Below are positions 50,124-60,494 of a stretch of 64,000 nt of DNA, piece after piece. The stretch's first letter is position 1, and each line of letters starts with the position of its first letter. Position numbers and translations under genes: made by a program. The notes below the pieces were generated by a model. It saw nothing but the letters and a program-made list of their open reading frames with translations. It was not told the DNA's origin and did not search any database. The DNA is from an uncultured Verrucomicrobiae bacterium (lineage in GTDB: Bacteria > Verrucomicrobiota > Verrucomicrobiia > Chthoniobacterales > UBA10450), in assembly GCA_963735805.1 (NCBI GenBank), contig CAVTMK010000002.1, forward strand, positions 1,248,001-1,312,000, given 5' to 3'.

Positions 50124-51826
50124 ACCGGCTCGATTATCTCGTTCTTATCGCCACGATTCTGGCGATCCCGCTTTATGGACTGTGGCGCACCCGCGGAAGC
50201 GCTTCCTTACGTCAGTATCTCAGGGGCGATGCGAGCATTCGGTGGGCTACCATCGGGCTCTCCGTGCTCGCGACGCAGGCAGGACCGATCACGTTTCTTT
50301 CCATGCCAGGTCAGGCCTATGAGAGCGGCATAGGTTTCATCCAGAATTATTTTGGCCAGCCGCTCGCGCTCATTGTTGTGTGCGCGGTCTTCGTTCCGAT
50401 TTATCAACGGCTAAAGGTTTACACGGCCTATCAATACCTGGGTGAACGGTTTGACCGGAAAACGCAGTTACTTGGCGCCTTCCTGTTTCTTGTGCAACGA
50501 GGCATCGCAGCGGGAATCACAATCTACGCACCAGCCATTATTCTTTCCGCCGTGCTCGGCTGGCGGCTGGACCTGACCATCTGGTTCGCCGGCGGCGTGG
50601 TTATCATCTACACGGTCGCGGGCGGGACCAAGATTGTAAGCATCACCCAACGCTACCAGATGATTGTGATTTTAGTCGGCATGGCGATTGCATTTGCGGT
50701 GGCGGTTTACCGGTTATCGCCCGACCTATCGTTTCATAACACGCTATCGGTTGCTGGGAAAATGGGCAAACTGGAGGCCGTCGACTTCTCCGTCGATCCG
50801 CACAAGCGCTATACATTCTGGTCGGGGCTGATTGGCGGATTTTTTCTCGCGCTTTCCTATTTCGGAGCTGACCAATCACAGGTGCAACGATATCTCGCGG
50901 GAGGTTCGCTTAAGGAGAGTCGTCTCGGATTGCTCTTCAACGCCGCGGTGAAGATACCGATGCAATTTTTCATTCTGCTGCTTGGCGCGATTGTTTTCAT
51001 GTTCTACCAATTCGAAAAGCCGCCTCTTTATTTCAACCAGCCGGCATACCAGCGAGCAGTGGCAAACGGCCATGCGCCGCAGTTAGCGGTGTTGCAAACG
51101 CAATTCGATGACGTCTTCATGCAAAAACGTGCACTTATTCGCGAGGTTTCCAGTGCATCCTCAAAGTTTTCGCCAGATCAGCGCGACGTGGTGACGACGA
51201 GGCTGCGCGAACTTGACGCTCAGGGGCGCGAATTGCGCGATCGAACGAAAACAGTTCTGAAGGAGGCTGGCGTGGATCCAAAAAACAAGGATTCCGATTA
51301 CGTTTTTATTACTTTCATTCTTCAACAGATGCCGCATGGCGTTGTCGGATTACTAATCGCAGTGATTCTTTGCGCGACCATGTCAGCGGTGGCAGCAACT
51401 CTGAACGCACTTGGTTCCACCACCGCGATCGACTTTTATCGCCCATTGATTCGCCCGAACGCGAGCGACCATCACTATGTTATTGCGGCGAAAGCGTTGA
51501 CCGCTGCGTGGGGTTTGATTGCCATTGGGGTGGCTACGTTTGCCAGTTTGGTCGAAAATCTCATCGAAGCAGGCAACATCCTGGGCTCGGTGTTCTATGG
51601 CAGCATCCTCGGTCTCTTTCTGGCAGCTTTCTTTATTCGTCGAGTAACCGGATCGGCCGTTTTTTTCGCGGCGCTGATCGCACAGGCGCTTGTCTTCCTC
51701 CTGTTCGCTACGACGAATATCGGTTATCTCTGGTATAATTTTATTGGATGCGCGGCGGTACTAGTCCTGGCGCCAGTTCTGCAGCAAACTATCTTTCGCA
51801 GGGCGGAAGCTCCCCCTGGGGTATGA
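50120..51826 (+). CDS. Sodium:solute symporter family protein
   Basis: TAYQYLGERFD, DQSQVQRYL, multiple TMs. Confidence 0.93.
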   Translation: MNRLDYLVLIATILAIPLYGLWRTRGSASLRQYLRGDASIRWATIGLSVLATQAGPITFLSMPGQAYESGIGFIQNYFGQPLALIVVCAVFVPIYQRLKVYTAYQYLGERFDRKTQLLGAFLFLVQRGIAAGITIYAPAIILSAVLGWRLDLTIWFAGGVVIIYTVAGGTKIVSITQRYQMIVILVGMAIAFAVAVYRLSPDLSFHNTLSVAGKMGKLEAVDFSVDPHKRYTFWSGLIGGFFLALSYFGADQSQVQRYLAGGSLKESRLGLLFNAAVKIPMQFFILLLGAIVFMFYQFEKPPLYFNQPAYQRAVANGHAPQLAVLQTQFDDVFMQKRALIREVSSASSKFSPDQRDVVTTRLRELDAQGRELRDRTKTVLKEAGVDPKNKDSDYVFITFILQQMPHGVVGLLIAVILCATMSAVAATLNALGSTTAIDFYRPLIRPNASDHHYVIAAKALTAAWGLIAIGVATFASLVENLIEAGNILGSVFYGSILGLFLAAFFIRRVTGSAVFFAALIAQALVFLLFATTNIGYLWYNFIGCAAVLVLAPVLQQTIFRRAEAPPGV

Positions 51827-51841
51827 AATTCGTTCTGGGCC

Positions 51842-52612
51842 ATGGATCATCCGATTATTTGTTTCGGTCAACAACCGTGCGGGATTTTTCCCAAGCGGTT
51901 TTTGTTCGCTAAAATTCTCGCGGCCCGGCGTCTTCAAAAGGAGATTGGCGGAGAAATCGTCTTTTTCTTTCACGACAGTGATCACGACCCGCGGGAGACG
52001 ATTACGATTGTGCGAGACCAAAGTACCGGCCAGGAAGTGCACCTAAACTTTCAGTTCGAGAATCGGATCCAAAAGCAGTTTTCGCCTCTCTATGCCAAAC
52101 GTGTCCTGCCGGAATGGCAGGAGAAAACTGCGCGCCAACTTCCGAATTATGTTTCACAACCTCTGGTCGCGCACTTCAAAAAGATTAAATGTTCGAATGT
52201 GGCGGACTTCTGTCTCGAGATGTACTCGCGAATGGGGCTGTTGGAAGGTATAAAGGTGGAGCGATCCAGTGCACCCGGGTTTAGAGCGCGCGCTGTAGCG
52301 GTCCCAGACTATTTTGTCGATCAGCGCTACGAAGGCGAAATCGTGCGTGCGCGTTATCGCGACGGGAAATTGTTGCTACACAAGGGAGGCGGCAGATATC
52401 TGGAAATTCCTGCGGGAGAATTTGGTCCGGAGCAAATCAGCCCGACTCGCGATACGCGTTTCCGTTGGATGCAATCCGTTATCCGATGCACTCATTATGT
52501 CGCAGGAGCGAGCGAACAGCATTATGTTAACAAGGCGGATGCTCCCAACGTGGCGTTCGCCAAACGGGACGAAATTTCGGACTTCGACAAAGCTTATACG
52601 GAACTGGGATGA
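51842..52612 (+). CDS. Short BshC-like (HUP-fold ligase-like) protein
   Basis: GQQP..K and VFFFHDSDHD resemble the BshC N-terminus. Overlaps bshA. Confidence 0.55.
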   Translation: MDHPIICFGQQPCGIFPKRFLFAKILAARRLQKEIGGEIVFFFHDSDHDPRETITIVRDQSTGQEVHLNFQFENRIQKQFSPLYAKRVLPEWQEKTARQLPNYVSQPLVAHFKKIKCSNVADFCLEMYSRMGLLEGIKVERSSAPGFRARAVAVPDYFVDQRYEGEIVRARYRDGKLLLHKGGGRYLEIPAGEFGPEQISPTRDTRFRWMQSVIRCTHYVAGASEQHYVNKADAPNVAFAKRDEISDFDKAYTELG

Positions 52613-53733
52613 AATCGGGGCCGCTGAAAATTGGGATTGCATGTTTTCCGTTAATTGGCGGCAGCGGAATTTTGGCGACGGCTCTTGGATCAGAACTGGC
52701 GCGCCGCGGTCACGAAGTTTACCTGTTCAGCTATGCTCAGCCCGTTCGGCTGGACCTGCCGCAAGAGGGCCTTCATTTTCACCGAATCGAATTTGCGGAC
52801 AACGCCTTGTTTCCATGTCCGGACTACACTTTGCCGCTCGCGGTGAAAATGGCGGAAGTGGCGCGTTCCCACCAACTCGACCTTTTTCATGTTCATTACG
52901 CGGTACCACACGCATTGGCTGCTTGTTTGGCCTCGCAGATCGTCGGACCGTCAGCTCCGCGTATCGTCACGACTTTGCACGGAAGCGATACCACTCTGCT
53001 GGGGCAGGATCCTGACTACCGCACCGCCATCGAGCATGCCCTTGTGCATTCCGATGCGGTAACGGCAGTTTCAGAAGATCTTCGGAATCAAACGCAGGAA
53101 ACTTTTTCTTTGAAACGACCGATTGAAGTGATTCCAAATTTCTTCACTCCTAATAAACCGAAGAGAAGTCGCGAGGAAGTTCGACACAATCTGGGCGTTA
53201 CCGACAAATTTCTTGCGGTACACATGTCGAATTTGCGACCCGTAAAGCGGATCGACCTTTTATTGCGCACGATTGCCATGTCACGGAACCGATCGCGCCT
53301 TCGTTTACTAATTCTAGCGGGCGACCCTTTTGATCCGTATGAGCCATTGCTCGATGAATTGGGAGTCCGCGAGAGCGTTATTATTCGCCAGAATATGGCC
53401 GTGGTGGAGGAGTATTTGGAGGCCGCGGACGCGGGACTGTACACATCCGAATACGAAAGCTTTGGTCTGAGCATTCTTGAAACGGCATTTCATGGTAAGC
53501 CTGTTGTAGCCTTTCGCGTGGGCGGTATTCCGGAAGTTTTAGGCGGCGCTTATCCCCTATATCCTTTCGGCGATGTAACCGCGGCTGCTTCTGCTTTGGA
53601 CGCGTTGATAGAATCGCCGAAATTGGCCCGCGAACTCGGTGAACAGAGTCGCGCTCGCGCGCGCGAAAGGTTCTCAGCAGATCGCGTTGTTCCTCAATAC
53701 GAAGCGTTGTATCGCCGTATGGTTGCCGGCTAA
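52609..53733 (+). CDS. bshA: N-acetyl-alpha-D-glucosaminyl L-malate synthase (GT4)
   Basis: KIGIACFP..GGSG, HVHYAVPHA, TTLHGSD, HMSNLRPVKR, ESFGL. Confidence 0.88.
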   Translation: MKSGPLKIGIACFPLIGGSGILATALGSELARRGHEVYLFSYAQPVRLDLPQEGLHFHRIEFADNALFPCPDYTLPLAVKMAEVARSHQLDLFHVHYAVPHALAACLASQIVGPSAPRIVTTLHGSDTTLLGQDPDYRTAIEHALVHSDAVTAVSEDLRNQTQETFSLKRPIEVIPNFFTPNKPKRSREEVRHNLGVTDKFLAVHMSNLRPVKRIDLLLRTIAMSRNRSRLRLLILAGDPFDPYEPLLDELGVRESVIIRQNMAVVEEYLEAADAGLYTSEYESFGLSILETAFHGKPVVAFRVGGIPEVLGGAYPLYPFGDVTAAASALDALIESPKLARELGEQSRARARERFSADRVVPQYEALYRRMVAG

Positions 53734-53793
53734 AAGCGTCACCGTAAAACTACGTTATTGCCAGTCTGAAACGCGGCGGACGCGACTTTTTGC

Positions 53794-54327
53794 CTAAGGC
53801 TTTACCACCACTGGTGTCCCTATGTGAGCGGCGTCATAGAACTGACGCGCTTTCCAATAAGGCATTCTAATGCATCCGTGCGATGCAGGCTCCCCTGGCA
53901 GGTAGCCTTGATGCAATCCGTAGCCCGGCGAAAACTCAAGAAAGTAGGGCATCGGGGCGCCGATGAAGTGAGTATGGGGTGGTTTGCTGTCACGCCTACT
54001 GTCGACATTGGGTTTCACGATTCGCCCGGAGTTATCGACGTAGTCACCATAAACACTGGAACGATGACCTTCGTCCTTGCGAATGACTTGGAAGCGACCT
54101 GTCGGTGTGCGATATCCTTCGCGACCACTGGATATGCGGGACGACGCGGTCATATATCCAGCGCGGTAGATATAAGCTTCCTGTTTCCGCAAGCTAACGA
54201 CGATCGTTGGACGGCCAGAATGACTCTCCGGCAGCTTCGATGTGACCAGGTCGGTCATGGTGCTGCAGCTGCTCAAAATCATGAGGGTCGCGGCGAGCGT
54301 ACAAAATCGTGATAGTCGGTTCATCAT
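53794..54327 (-). CDS. L,D-transpeptidase family lipoprotein
   Basis: LHQGYLPG.PASHGCIRM. Confidence 0.92.
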   Translation of the reverse strand: MMNRLSRFCTLAATLMILSSCSTMTDLVTSKLPESHSGRPTIVVSLRKQEAYIYRAGYMTASSRISSGREGYRTPTGRFQVIRKDEGHRSSVYGDYVDNSGRIVKPNVDSRRDSKPPHTHFIGAPMPYFLEFSPGYGLHQGYLPGEPASHGCIRMPYWKARQFYDAAHIGTPVVVKP

Positions 54328-54449
54328 CGGTTATTCTCCTCGGCCGCGACTAAGCAGGAACGCGATCAGTCGCACATGACTTCAAATCGCATTTGGCAGA
54401 GCAAATGGCTCCCAAGGAGTTCTGTGGTTAATCGGTGGCCGTGAGATCC

Positions 54450-55643
54450 TTATTGCGTCGTTTGATCACGCTCACCTTGGAAACGCGCAACGTCTGCGCC
54501 GGTTCCCACAGATATCTCCGGTCGCCACCGAAATTTTTCCAAAATCGGATTGGATTTCTCTTCGACTGCATCGGCAATAATTTCGCCCAGCACCGGGGCA
54601 AATTTAAATCCGTGTCCGCAATCACCTGCGGCGATCACAAGTCCTTCGCGGTCCCGATCGCGCGCAATCCAAAAATTTCCGTCATGCGTATCGCAGTACA
54701 TGCAGACTCGTGTGTAAACAATTGGAGCTTGGGCGAGCGCAGGGAATGCCCACGATAGAAAGGTGCGCAGTTTTCCTTCGTCTTCAGAAGTGACCGCGCG
54801 TTGCGGAGATTCGGGAGACATCTCGCGTCCCGGTCCATGGTTAGCGATTTTCACGAAACCATCACGATTGAGCGGAAATCCGTAATAACCTGTCGTTGTG
54901 ATATCCGCACCAAAAACCGGGAATCGCTCAGGTGCAAAAAGGTCGGGTCGCGACGGTTTCAGGTGGAACACCGGCTGGCCGCTGGCGCGAAAGAATTTCT
55001 TCGTGAACGGCAGCAAATACGGGGTCCACGCACCGATCGCCATCACAACGGAGTCACCCGCAATGCGCTCTCCGTTGTCGAACAGGACTCCCTTCACCCG
55101 ACCATGACGTTCGTCTAATTGAGAAAATCTGGAGTTTTGACGTAGCTCGACGCCGGCGGCCTTCGCGCGCGCAACCAGCGCTGCAACGACGCGTCCGCTC
55201 TCCGCGTAACCCGCTTCGAGCTCCAGCACGCCATCTTGGAACAATTCAGGATTCCAAGCCGGGAACCGTTTCCACAGTCGTGCTGAGTTCATGCGCTCAA
55301 TTCTCTGTCCGCGCTGTTCCAGTGTTTTGAAACTTTCGTATTCAAAATCGCCGGGTTGCATCTCCCGACGGCGCACGAACATCACGCCAGTTTCGTGATA
55401 CAACTCAATGCCGAATTCTTCGTTCCAGTCGCGCCAGAGTTTGATGGAGCGTTCTGCCAGCTCCGTGTAGTCTTCGTCCGAGCCATAAGCTGCGCGCACG
55501 GCTTTGCTGATATCGGTGGATGCCGCGAGCGGATGCGGCAGCGGCCCCGGGTCGACCAGGATGACTCCGTGGCCGCGTTTCTTTAGCTCGATCGCGGCGG
55601 TAACGCCATTAATTCCCGCCCCAACAACGACAACTTTCGACAT
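54450..55643 (-). CDS. FAD-dependent oxidoreductase (sarcosine/fructosyl-amine oxidase-like)
   Basis: VVGAGING, ASTDISK, GHGFKFAP. Confidence 0.9.
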   Translation of the reverse strand: MSKVVVVGAGINGVTAAIELKKRGHGVILVDPGPLPHPLAASTDISKAVRAAYGSDEDYTELAERSIKLWRDWNEEFGIELYHETGVMFVRRREMQPGDFEYESFKTLEQRGQRIERMNSARLWKRFPAWNPELFQDGVLELEAGYAESGRVVAALVARAKAAGVELRQNSRFSQLDERHGRVKGVLFDNGERIAGDSVVMAIGAWTPYLLPFTKKFFRASGQPVFHLKPSRPDLFAPERFPVFGADITTTGYYGFPLNRDGFVKIANHGPGREMSPESPQRAVTSEDEGKLRTFLSWAFPALAQAPIVYTRVCMYCDTHDGNFWIARDRDREGLVIAAGDCGHGFKFAPVLGEIIADAVEEKSNPILEKFRWRPEISVGTGADVARFQGERDQTTQ

Positions 55644-55876
55644 GTTTCGAACGCTTCCGGAGGTGGATCGGCTTCTCCGAAGACGATGCTAGAACGGATC
55701 GCCGAAGGTGCAAGATGATATCCTAAAGATTTCGCACAAAGAGAGTCTCGTCGCCGCAAGCGCATTCATTTTACCAACGCGTTGAGGACAGCGCGTTCCA
55801 CCTTTGCGGATAGTCCTCGCTCCAGGCGCCGATGCTGTTTTTGTGGTAACGCGAAGCACGCATGCCTCCGCTTGTG

Positions 55877-57139
55877 TTAAGCCGTCATTCCCAACGCCTG
55901 TTCCCGCTCGAGCACGGTCGGATGCGAGTAATAAAAGGCGCTGTAAAGCCGATGCGGTGTGAGATTGCTAAGATTTTTTTCGCTCAGTTTGCGTAGCGCC
56001 TGAATCAGTGACTGTGTCTCTCCCATGTTCGCACGGGCAAATGCATCTGCTTCATATTCAAAACGACGCGACCAACTGTGAGTGAGAGGTGAAACCCAGA
56101 AAGTTACGGTCCCCGCCAGCAGCGCAAATATCAGCATCGCAGGAAGGACATTCGCGGAGGCGAAGCCCGCGTGATGCTGGAAACCAAACGCACGATAAAA
56201 CCACTGCTGACGCGCCAGCCACGCGATCGTGGCGAACGCCACAAACATACCAGCGATGGAAACGCTGAGCATCTTAACTATGTGATGCTTCTTGTAGTGG
56301 CCGATTTCGTGCGCAAGGACGGCTTCCAATTCCGGCTCCGTGAGCTGCGTGATCAGTGTATCGAACAGGACGACCTTTCGAAAGCGTCCGAGCCCGGTGA
56401 AGAAGGCATTGGAGTGGCGTGAGCGTTTACTGCCATCCATCACATCGATGTTGCGTGTGGGGAAACGAGTGCGGCGTGCCAGTGCAAACAGCCGCTCGCG
56501 CAACGTTCCTTCCGGCAGAGGTGTGAACTTGTTGAAAAGGGGCATGATTAGCGCCGGCGCAATCAGCAGCAGAAGCAATTGAAAGGCGACAACAACGGCT
56601 GCGGCCCAAATCCACCAGTTTGCGCCAGTCCACTCGATTAGTTTCAACACCAGCGCAAGCAGTGGATAGCCGAGCAATACCGCGAGCAAAAATCCTTTAA
56701 CACGATCGATGATCCATGTCTTGATTGTCGTGGTGTTGAAACCGAATCGTTGTTCGAGTTTGAATTGGGCATACCAGGCAAAAGGCAATGCGGAGACGCT
56801 CAACGCGATCCCTGTAAAAAAGAGGAAACCAGCCATTGCCCAGATCGAAGTGCCAAAGGTAGCTATGAATTTCGCAAACCCCCAGGGCAATAGGCCGCTA
56901 AAAAGCAACGCAATGAGCACCACGGCACTGAACACGTCCGTGAGATCTTCGAAGCGGCTCTTAGCCAGCGTATAATCGACCGATCGCCGATACGTCGCTT
57001 CGTCAGTGATTCCGCGAAATGCGGTTGGAACTTCATGGGCGTGTGCGCGCACATGACGTTGGTTCAGTCGACTCAACCACAGCTCAGTGGTTGCGCGCCC
57101 GAGAATCAGAATCAAAGCGACGATGGCAAATGGCGGCAT
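55877..57139 (-). CDS. M48 family zinc metallopeptidase (Ste24-like)
   Basis: NAFFTG, HEIGH, EYEAD, YSHP. Confidence 0.95.
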   Translation of the reverse strand: MPPFAIVALILILGRATTELWLSRLNQRHVRAHAHEVPTAFRGITDEATYRRSVDYTLAKSRFEDLTDVFSAVVLIALLFSGLLPWGFAKFIATFGTSIWAMAGFLFFTGIALSVSALPFAWYAQFKLEQRFGFNTTTIKTWIIDRVKGFLLAVLLGYPLLALVLKLIEWTGANWWIWAAAVVVAFQLLLLLIAPALIMPLFNKFTPLPEGTLRERLFALARRTRFPTRNIDVMDGSKRSRHSNAFFTGLGRFRKVVLFDTLITQLTEPELEAVLAHEIGHYKKHHIVKMLSVSIAGMFVAFATIAWLARQQWFYRAFGFQHHAGFASANVLPAMLIFALLAGTVTFWVSPLTHSWSRRFEYEADAFARANMGETQSLIQALRKLSEKNLSNLTPHRLYSAFYYSHPTVLEREQALGMTA

Positions 57140-57166
57140 GAAAGAAATGCGCTTCTGCTCCTCTGG

Positions 57167-58633
57167 TCATCGGTTCGCGAAGAGCTTCCGATAATAGCGA
57201 TACCAATCACTCTGAAAACGTTCGGTCGGATCATACTTTCCTTTCAAATCGAGGAATTGTTTGAACTGCGGATAGCACGCCATGATCTGTTCCGGTTTCG
57301 CAAATCTGTGGTAGGTCAGATAATAACTTCCGCCGCGGACTATCGCCAAATCAATCAGACCGCGAAAGGAGCGCGCGGAAGCTTCAATGCCTGCCGGTGT
57401 GTGGAGCGTGAGCAAGTTAAAGATGATGCATGCATACGGTTCTTTGGCCCAGGCCAGGAAGCTCTCATTGTCTTTTTCGATCACGCGGACCGTACCATAG
57501 ATAACAATTGTTCGATTCGAGCGCAGAAGTTCTGCTGCTTGCCTCAAAAAGTCAGGGAGGTCTCGCCGCGGGACGTAAATCTCGGTGATGATAAGGCTCG
57601 ATTCTTCTCCTCCAATTTGATCGTGAATCTTCTGCGCATAATTCGGCAGATAAGCGCTAAGTTGATTTGTGTCGGACCAGTAAGTCTGGCCATTTGTCGA
57701 TAAATAGTAATCGCAGTAGCGTTTGAAAGCCTTCTCCCGGTCGGTATAAGCCAGTCGCAAAAGCTCCAGCCAATCGTCGTCGCGCAACTCCTTTCTAGCG
57801 ACAATCGGTTCGTGTTCGCCGATCGGTTTGTAGCAGGAAAACACGCCGTGCTGGAGAAAGTCTGGTGATTTTTCGTCGACGGAAAACTGAAAATCTCCAT
57901 AAAGAAACGCTTCCGCTATTCGTTCCTCAAAACGGCTGGGTAAATCACTCGCGGAAATTATCTCGACCACACGCCGCAATTTTTGCCGCGGAACCAGGCG
58001 AAGGGTTACACTGCTGATTAATCCAAAAAGACCGTAGCCGCCGATTGCGAGACGGAATAATTCGTAATTTTCAGAGCGTGAGCAACGGATCGATTTCCCG
58101 TCTGCGTTAATCAGGGTGAATGACTCAACGTTGGAAATAAGCGGCTTCATCGCCAACCCGCGCCCATGCACGTTCGAGGAAAGGCTCCCACCCAGCGTGA
58201 ACGTGTCCGCGCCGGTTTGTTTTTGCGCGATGCCCCATTGTCTTTCGCTATTCGCTTGAGCGTCCAGATAAGTGTGAATCAATTTTGGCCATTGGATGCC
58301 AGCTTCCGCTTCGAGTAAACCGTGCTCCTGATCGAAAGAAATCACGCGATCCAGCGAACGCGTATCGACGCAAATGCTGTCTGTAGCGAATTGCTGGCCG
58401 CCCATCGAATGCCGACAACCCGAGACGGAAATGGGTAACGCTTTTTGCGACGCAGAACGCACGATTCCCGCAAGTTCGTCTCGGGTATGCGGCGTCAGAA
58501 GCTCGCGAACCCGGGTACGATTGAGCTGTGAATGGACGTCATTGACCCAAATCGCCCGTTCGGGTTCTGCTAAAATGCGTGGCGCAAGCGCGAAGAGCGC
58601 TGCAGTGCGTATGAATTCACGCCGGGTAAGCAC
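57167..58633 (-). CDS. Tat-exported FAD-binding oxidoreductase
   Basis: TRREFI twin-arginine motif, GCRHSMGGQ, GGYGLFG, YDP..RFQS. Confidence 0.88.
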   Translation of the reverse strand: MLTRREFIRTAALFALAPRILAEPERAIWVNDVHSQLNRTRVRELLTPHTRDELAGIVRSASQKALPISVSGCRHSMGGQQFATDSICVDTRSLDRVISFDQEHGLLEAEAGIQWPKLIHTYLDAQANSERQWGIAQKQTGADTFTLGGSLSSNVHGRGLAMKPLISNVESFTLINADGKSIRCSRSENYELFRLAIGGYGLFGLISSVTLRLVPRQKLRRVVEIISASDLPSRFEERIAEAFLYGDFQFSVDEKSPDFLQHGVFSCYKPIGEHEPIVARKELRDDDWLELLRLAYTDREKAFKRYCDYYLSTNGQTYWSDTNQLSAYLPNYAQKIHDQIGGEESSLIITEIYVPRRDLPDFLRQAAELLRSNRTIVIYGTVRVIEKDNESFLAWAKEPYACIIFNLLTLHTPAGIEASARSFRGLIDLAIVRGGSYYLTYHRFAKPEQIMACYPQFKQFLDLKGKYDPTERFQSDWYRYYRKLFANR

Positions 58634-58744
58634 GCGAAAATATAGCGAGTCTGGTTAACCCTCAGCGAGGCAAATTACCTCGCCCCTGGCGATAGGTTTG
58701 TCGGCTAATCGAGGCGTTTTATACGTAGGACGCCTGGACGGCTT

Positions 58745-60472
58745 TTACTCGCGAGCGCTGACTTTATTTGGACCCGTTGGTTTAGCTTCGGCGGAAAGAA
58801 ATTCGCGAACGTGATTCAATTCGTCCCTCGAACCGGTGGCATTTTTCGTTTGCGCGGCCAGCTTCGCGTAATAGCGGCCAGCGTTATCCTTGTCACCAGA
58901 TTGTTCCGCCGCTCGTGCCGCTCCATATAATCCTCTGAAGCGTCCCGGGTAGATTTTGAGAGCAGCTTCGAATTCTCGCTGTGCTTCGTTCGGCTGGCCG
59001 ACTTCAAGCAGCAGGCCGCCGAGTTGCTCACGTATCGGAACAAACGCACCCGGTGAAACCGGATGCTTGCCCAGTATGTCTTCCGCATCCGCAGCACGTC
59101 GCAGCATTTCAACCGCTTCGTTCTTCTTTCCCTCGGCGGCTGCTACCCAGGCGGAAGCGGCCTGCATCTGCAGGTCGAGATGTTTTTTGAAATAGTCGAA
59201 CTTGGGATCCTTCGTCGCGTCGCGTAATTGTCCCATCCGCGCGATTGCTTTCCGCGCGCCTTCAACATCGCCCGTATGCGCGCGCCCGAGCGCGTGACCG
59301 TATTCGATGAGAGCTTCCATGAATGGAAACGAAGACCAGTGCGGAAGATTTGGAACAGTCAATTTCGCCGCGGCCGGCCAATCATTCCGCTCAAAAGCGT
59401 AACGTGTCGGAATAGCTGCCAATGCATAGGCCGCGCTAAATTCCAGTGGCGGATTTGTCTTCCGCACCTTGGCTGCAAGGTCGACAATCCGTTTTGCCTC
59501 AGTGTCCTGCGCCTCCTGCAAGTAAGAGTACGCCATGTAATCGAGCGCATGCAATTCTTCGGCTTCCGTGGCATCGCGATGGCGCATGGCCGCGTAGGCG
59601 CGCGAAGCCTCGGCCGAAGCTCCATTCGCGGCGATGGACTCATCCCACATCCCGAGGCGCGTGAAGATGTGAGATGGCATGTGCAACGCATGAGGCACCC
59701 ACGGAGCGATCGAGGCATAACTCTGCGCAGCGGACAGCCCCCGTTGAGCGAGCGCGGGATAGTCGTAGCAATGGATCAGGTAATGAACGACCCCCGGATG
59801 GCTCGGGTTTTGTTTCCGCAGATTCTCCAGAATCGCAGCCGCCTCGAGTTGTTTTGACAAGCTTGTGTCGTTAGGCGTGGCGTAACCGACAGCGAGGACC
59901 GCGAAGGCATAGAAAGTTTGCACCTCGAAATCGTCAGGATACTTGTCGCGTAATTGATGCATCGCCTTTTCGTACGCGATCACACGGTCGCGCGGTCCGA
60001 CCGGTCCATGACAGGATTGTCCAACCGCGTCTGCCCTCGAACCGTCGGGCGTATTGTAGTAAATATCGAGCGCCGTAATGAATCCCCGTTCCCGGTCCGT
60101 TCCGGAACTCATCGCCACGGCTTTTTCAATTGCCGTTTTACCGGCGCTCATTTCATCCGGAGTGGGAGGTGTCCAAATTGGATGCCACCATGTCATGGCG
60201 ATGCCCCACTGGGCCATCGCGCATTTTGGATCGCGTTCGGCCACCGAAGTGAATACACGTCGCGCCTCTTCGTAGAAAAACGAATGCAACAACGCCACGC
60301 CACGCGAGAAGTCGGATTGGACAGAAGGCTCGCACGATATCGGGAACGCAACTCTTCCGGCCGCGCGCAGATCGCCGGGCTCGGGAACGGCTGCGCTTTC
60401 CACGTGACGTGCGGTGAGACTGCCGGCCAGTCCAATCAGAAGAAGTACGCGAGGGGAAAAGAAACGCGCCAT
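58745..60472 (-). CDS. Secreted TPR-like helical repeat protein
   Basis: GVALLHSF, HYLIH, PHALHMPSHIF. Start taken at MARFF. Confidence 0.8.
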   Translation of the reverse strand: MARFFSPRVLLLIGLAGSLTARHVESAAVPEPGDLRAAGRVAFPISCEPSVQSDFSRGVALLHSFFYEEARRVFTSVAERDPKCAMAQWGIAMTWWHPIWTPPTPDEMSAGKTAIEKAVAMSSGTDRERGFITALDIYYNTPDGSRADAVGQSCHGPVGPRDRVIAYEKAMHQLRDKYPDDFEVQTFYAFAVLAVGYATPNDTSLSKQLEAAAILENLRKQNPSHPGVVHYLIHCYDYPALAQRGLSAAQSYASIAPWVPHALHMPSHIFTRLGMWDESIAANGASAEASRAYAAMRHRDATEAEELHALDYMAYSYLQEAQDTEAKRIVDLAAKVRKTNPPLEFSAAYALAAIPTRYAFERNDWPAAAKLTVPNLPHWSSFPFMEALIEYGHALGRAHTGDVEGARKAIARMGQLRDATKDPKFDYFKKHLDLQMQAASAWVAAAEGKKNEAVEMLRRAADAEDILGKHPVSPGAFVPIREQLGGLLLEVGQPNEAQREFEAALKIYPGRFRGLYGAARAAEQSGDKDNAGRYYAKLAAQTKNATGSRDELNHVREFLSAEAKPTGPNKVSARE

Positions 60473-60494
60473 TTTCGAGGCTACACAACCGCGG

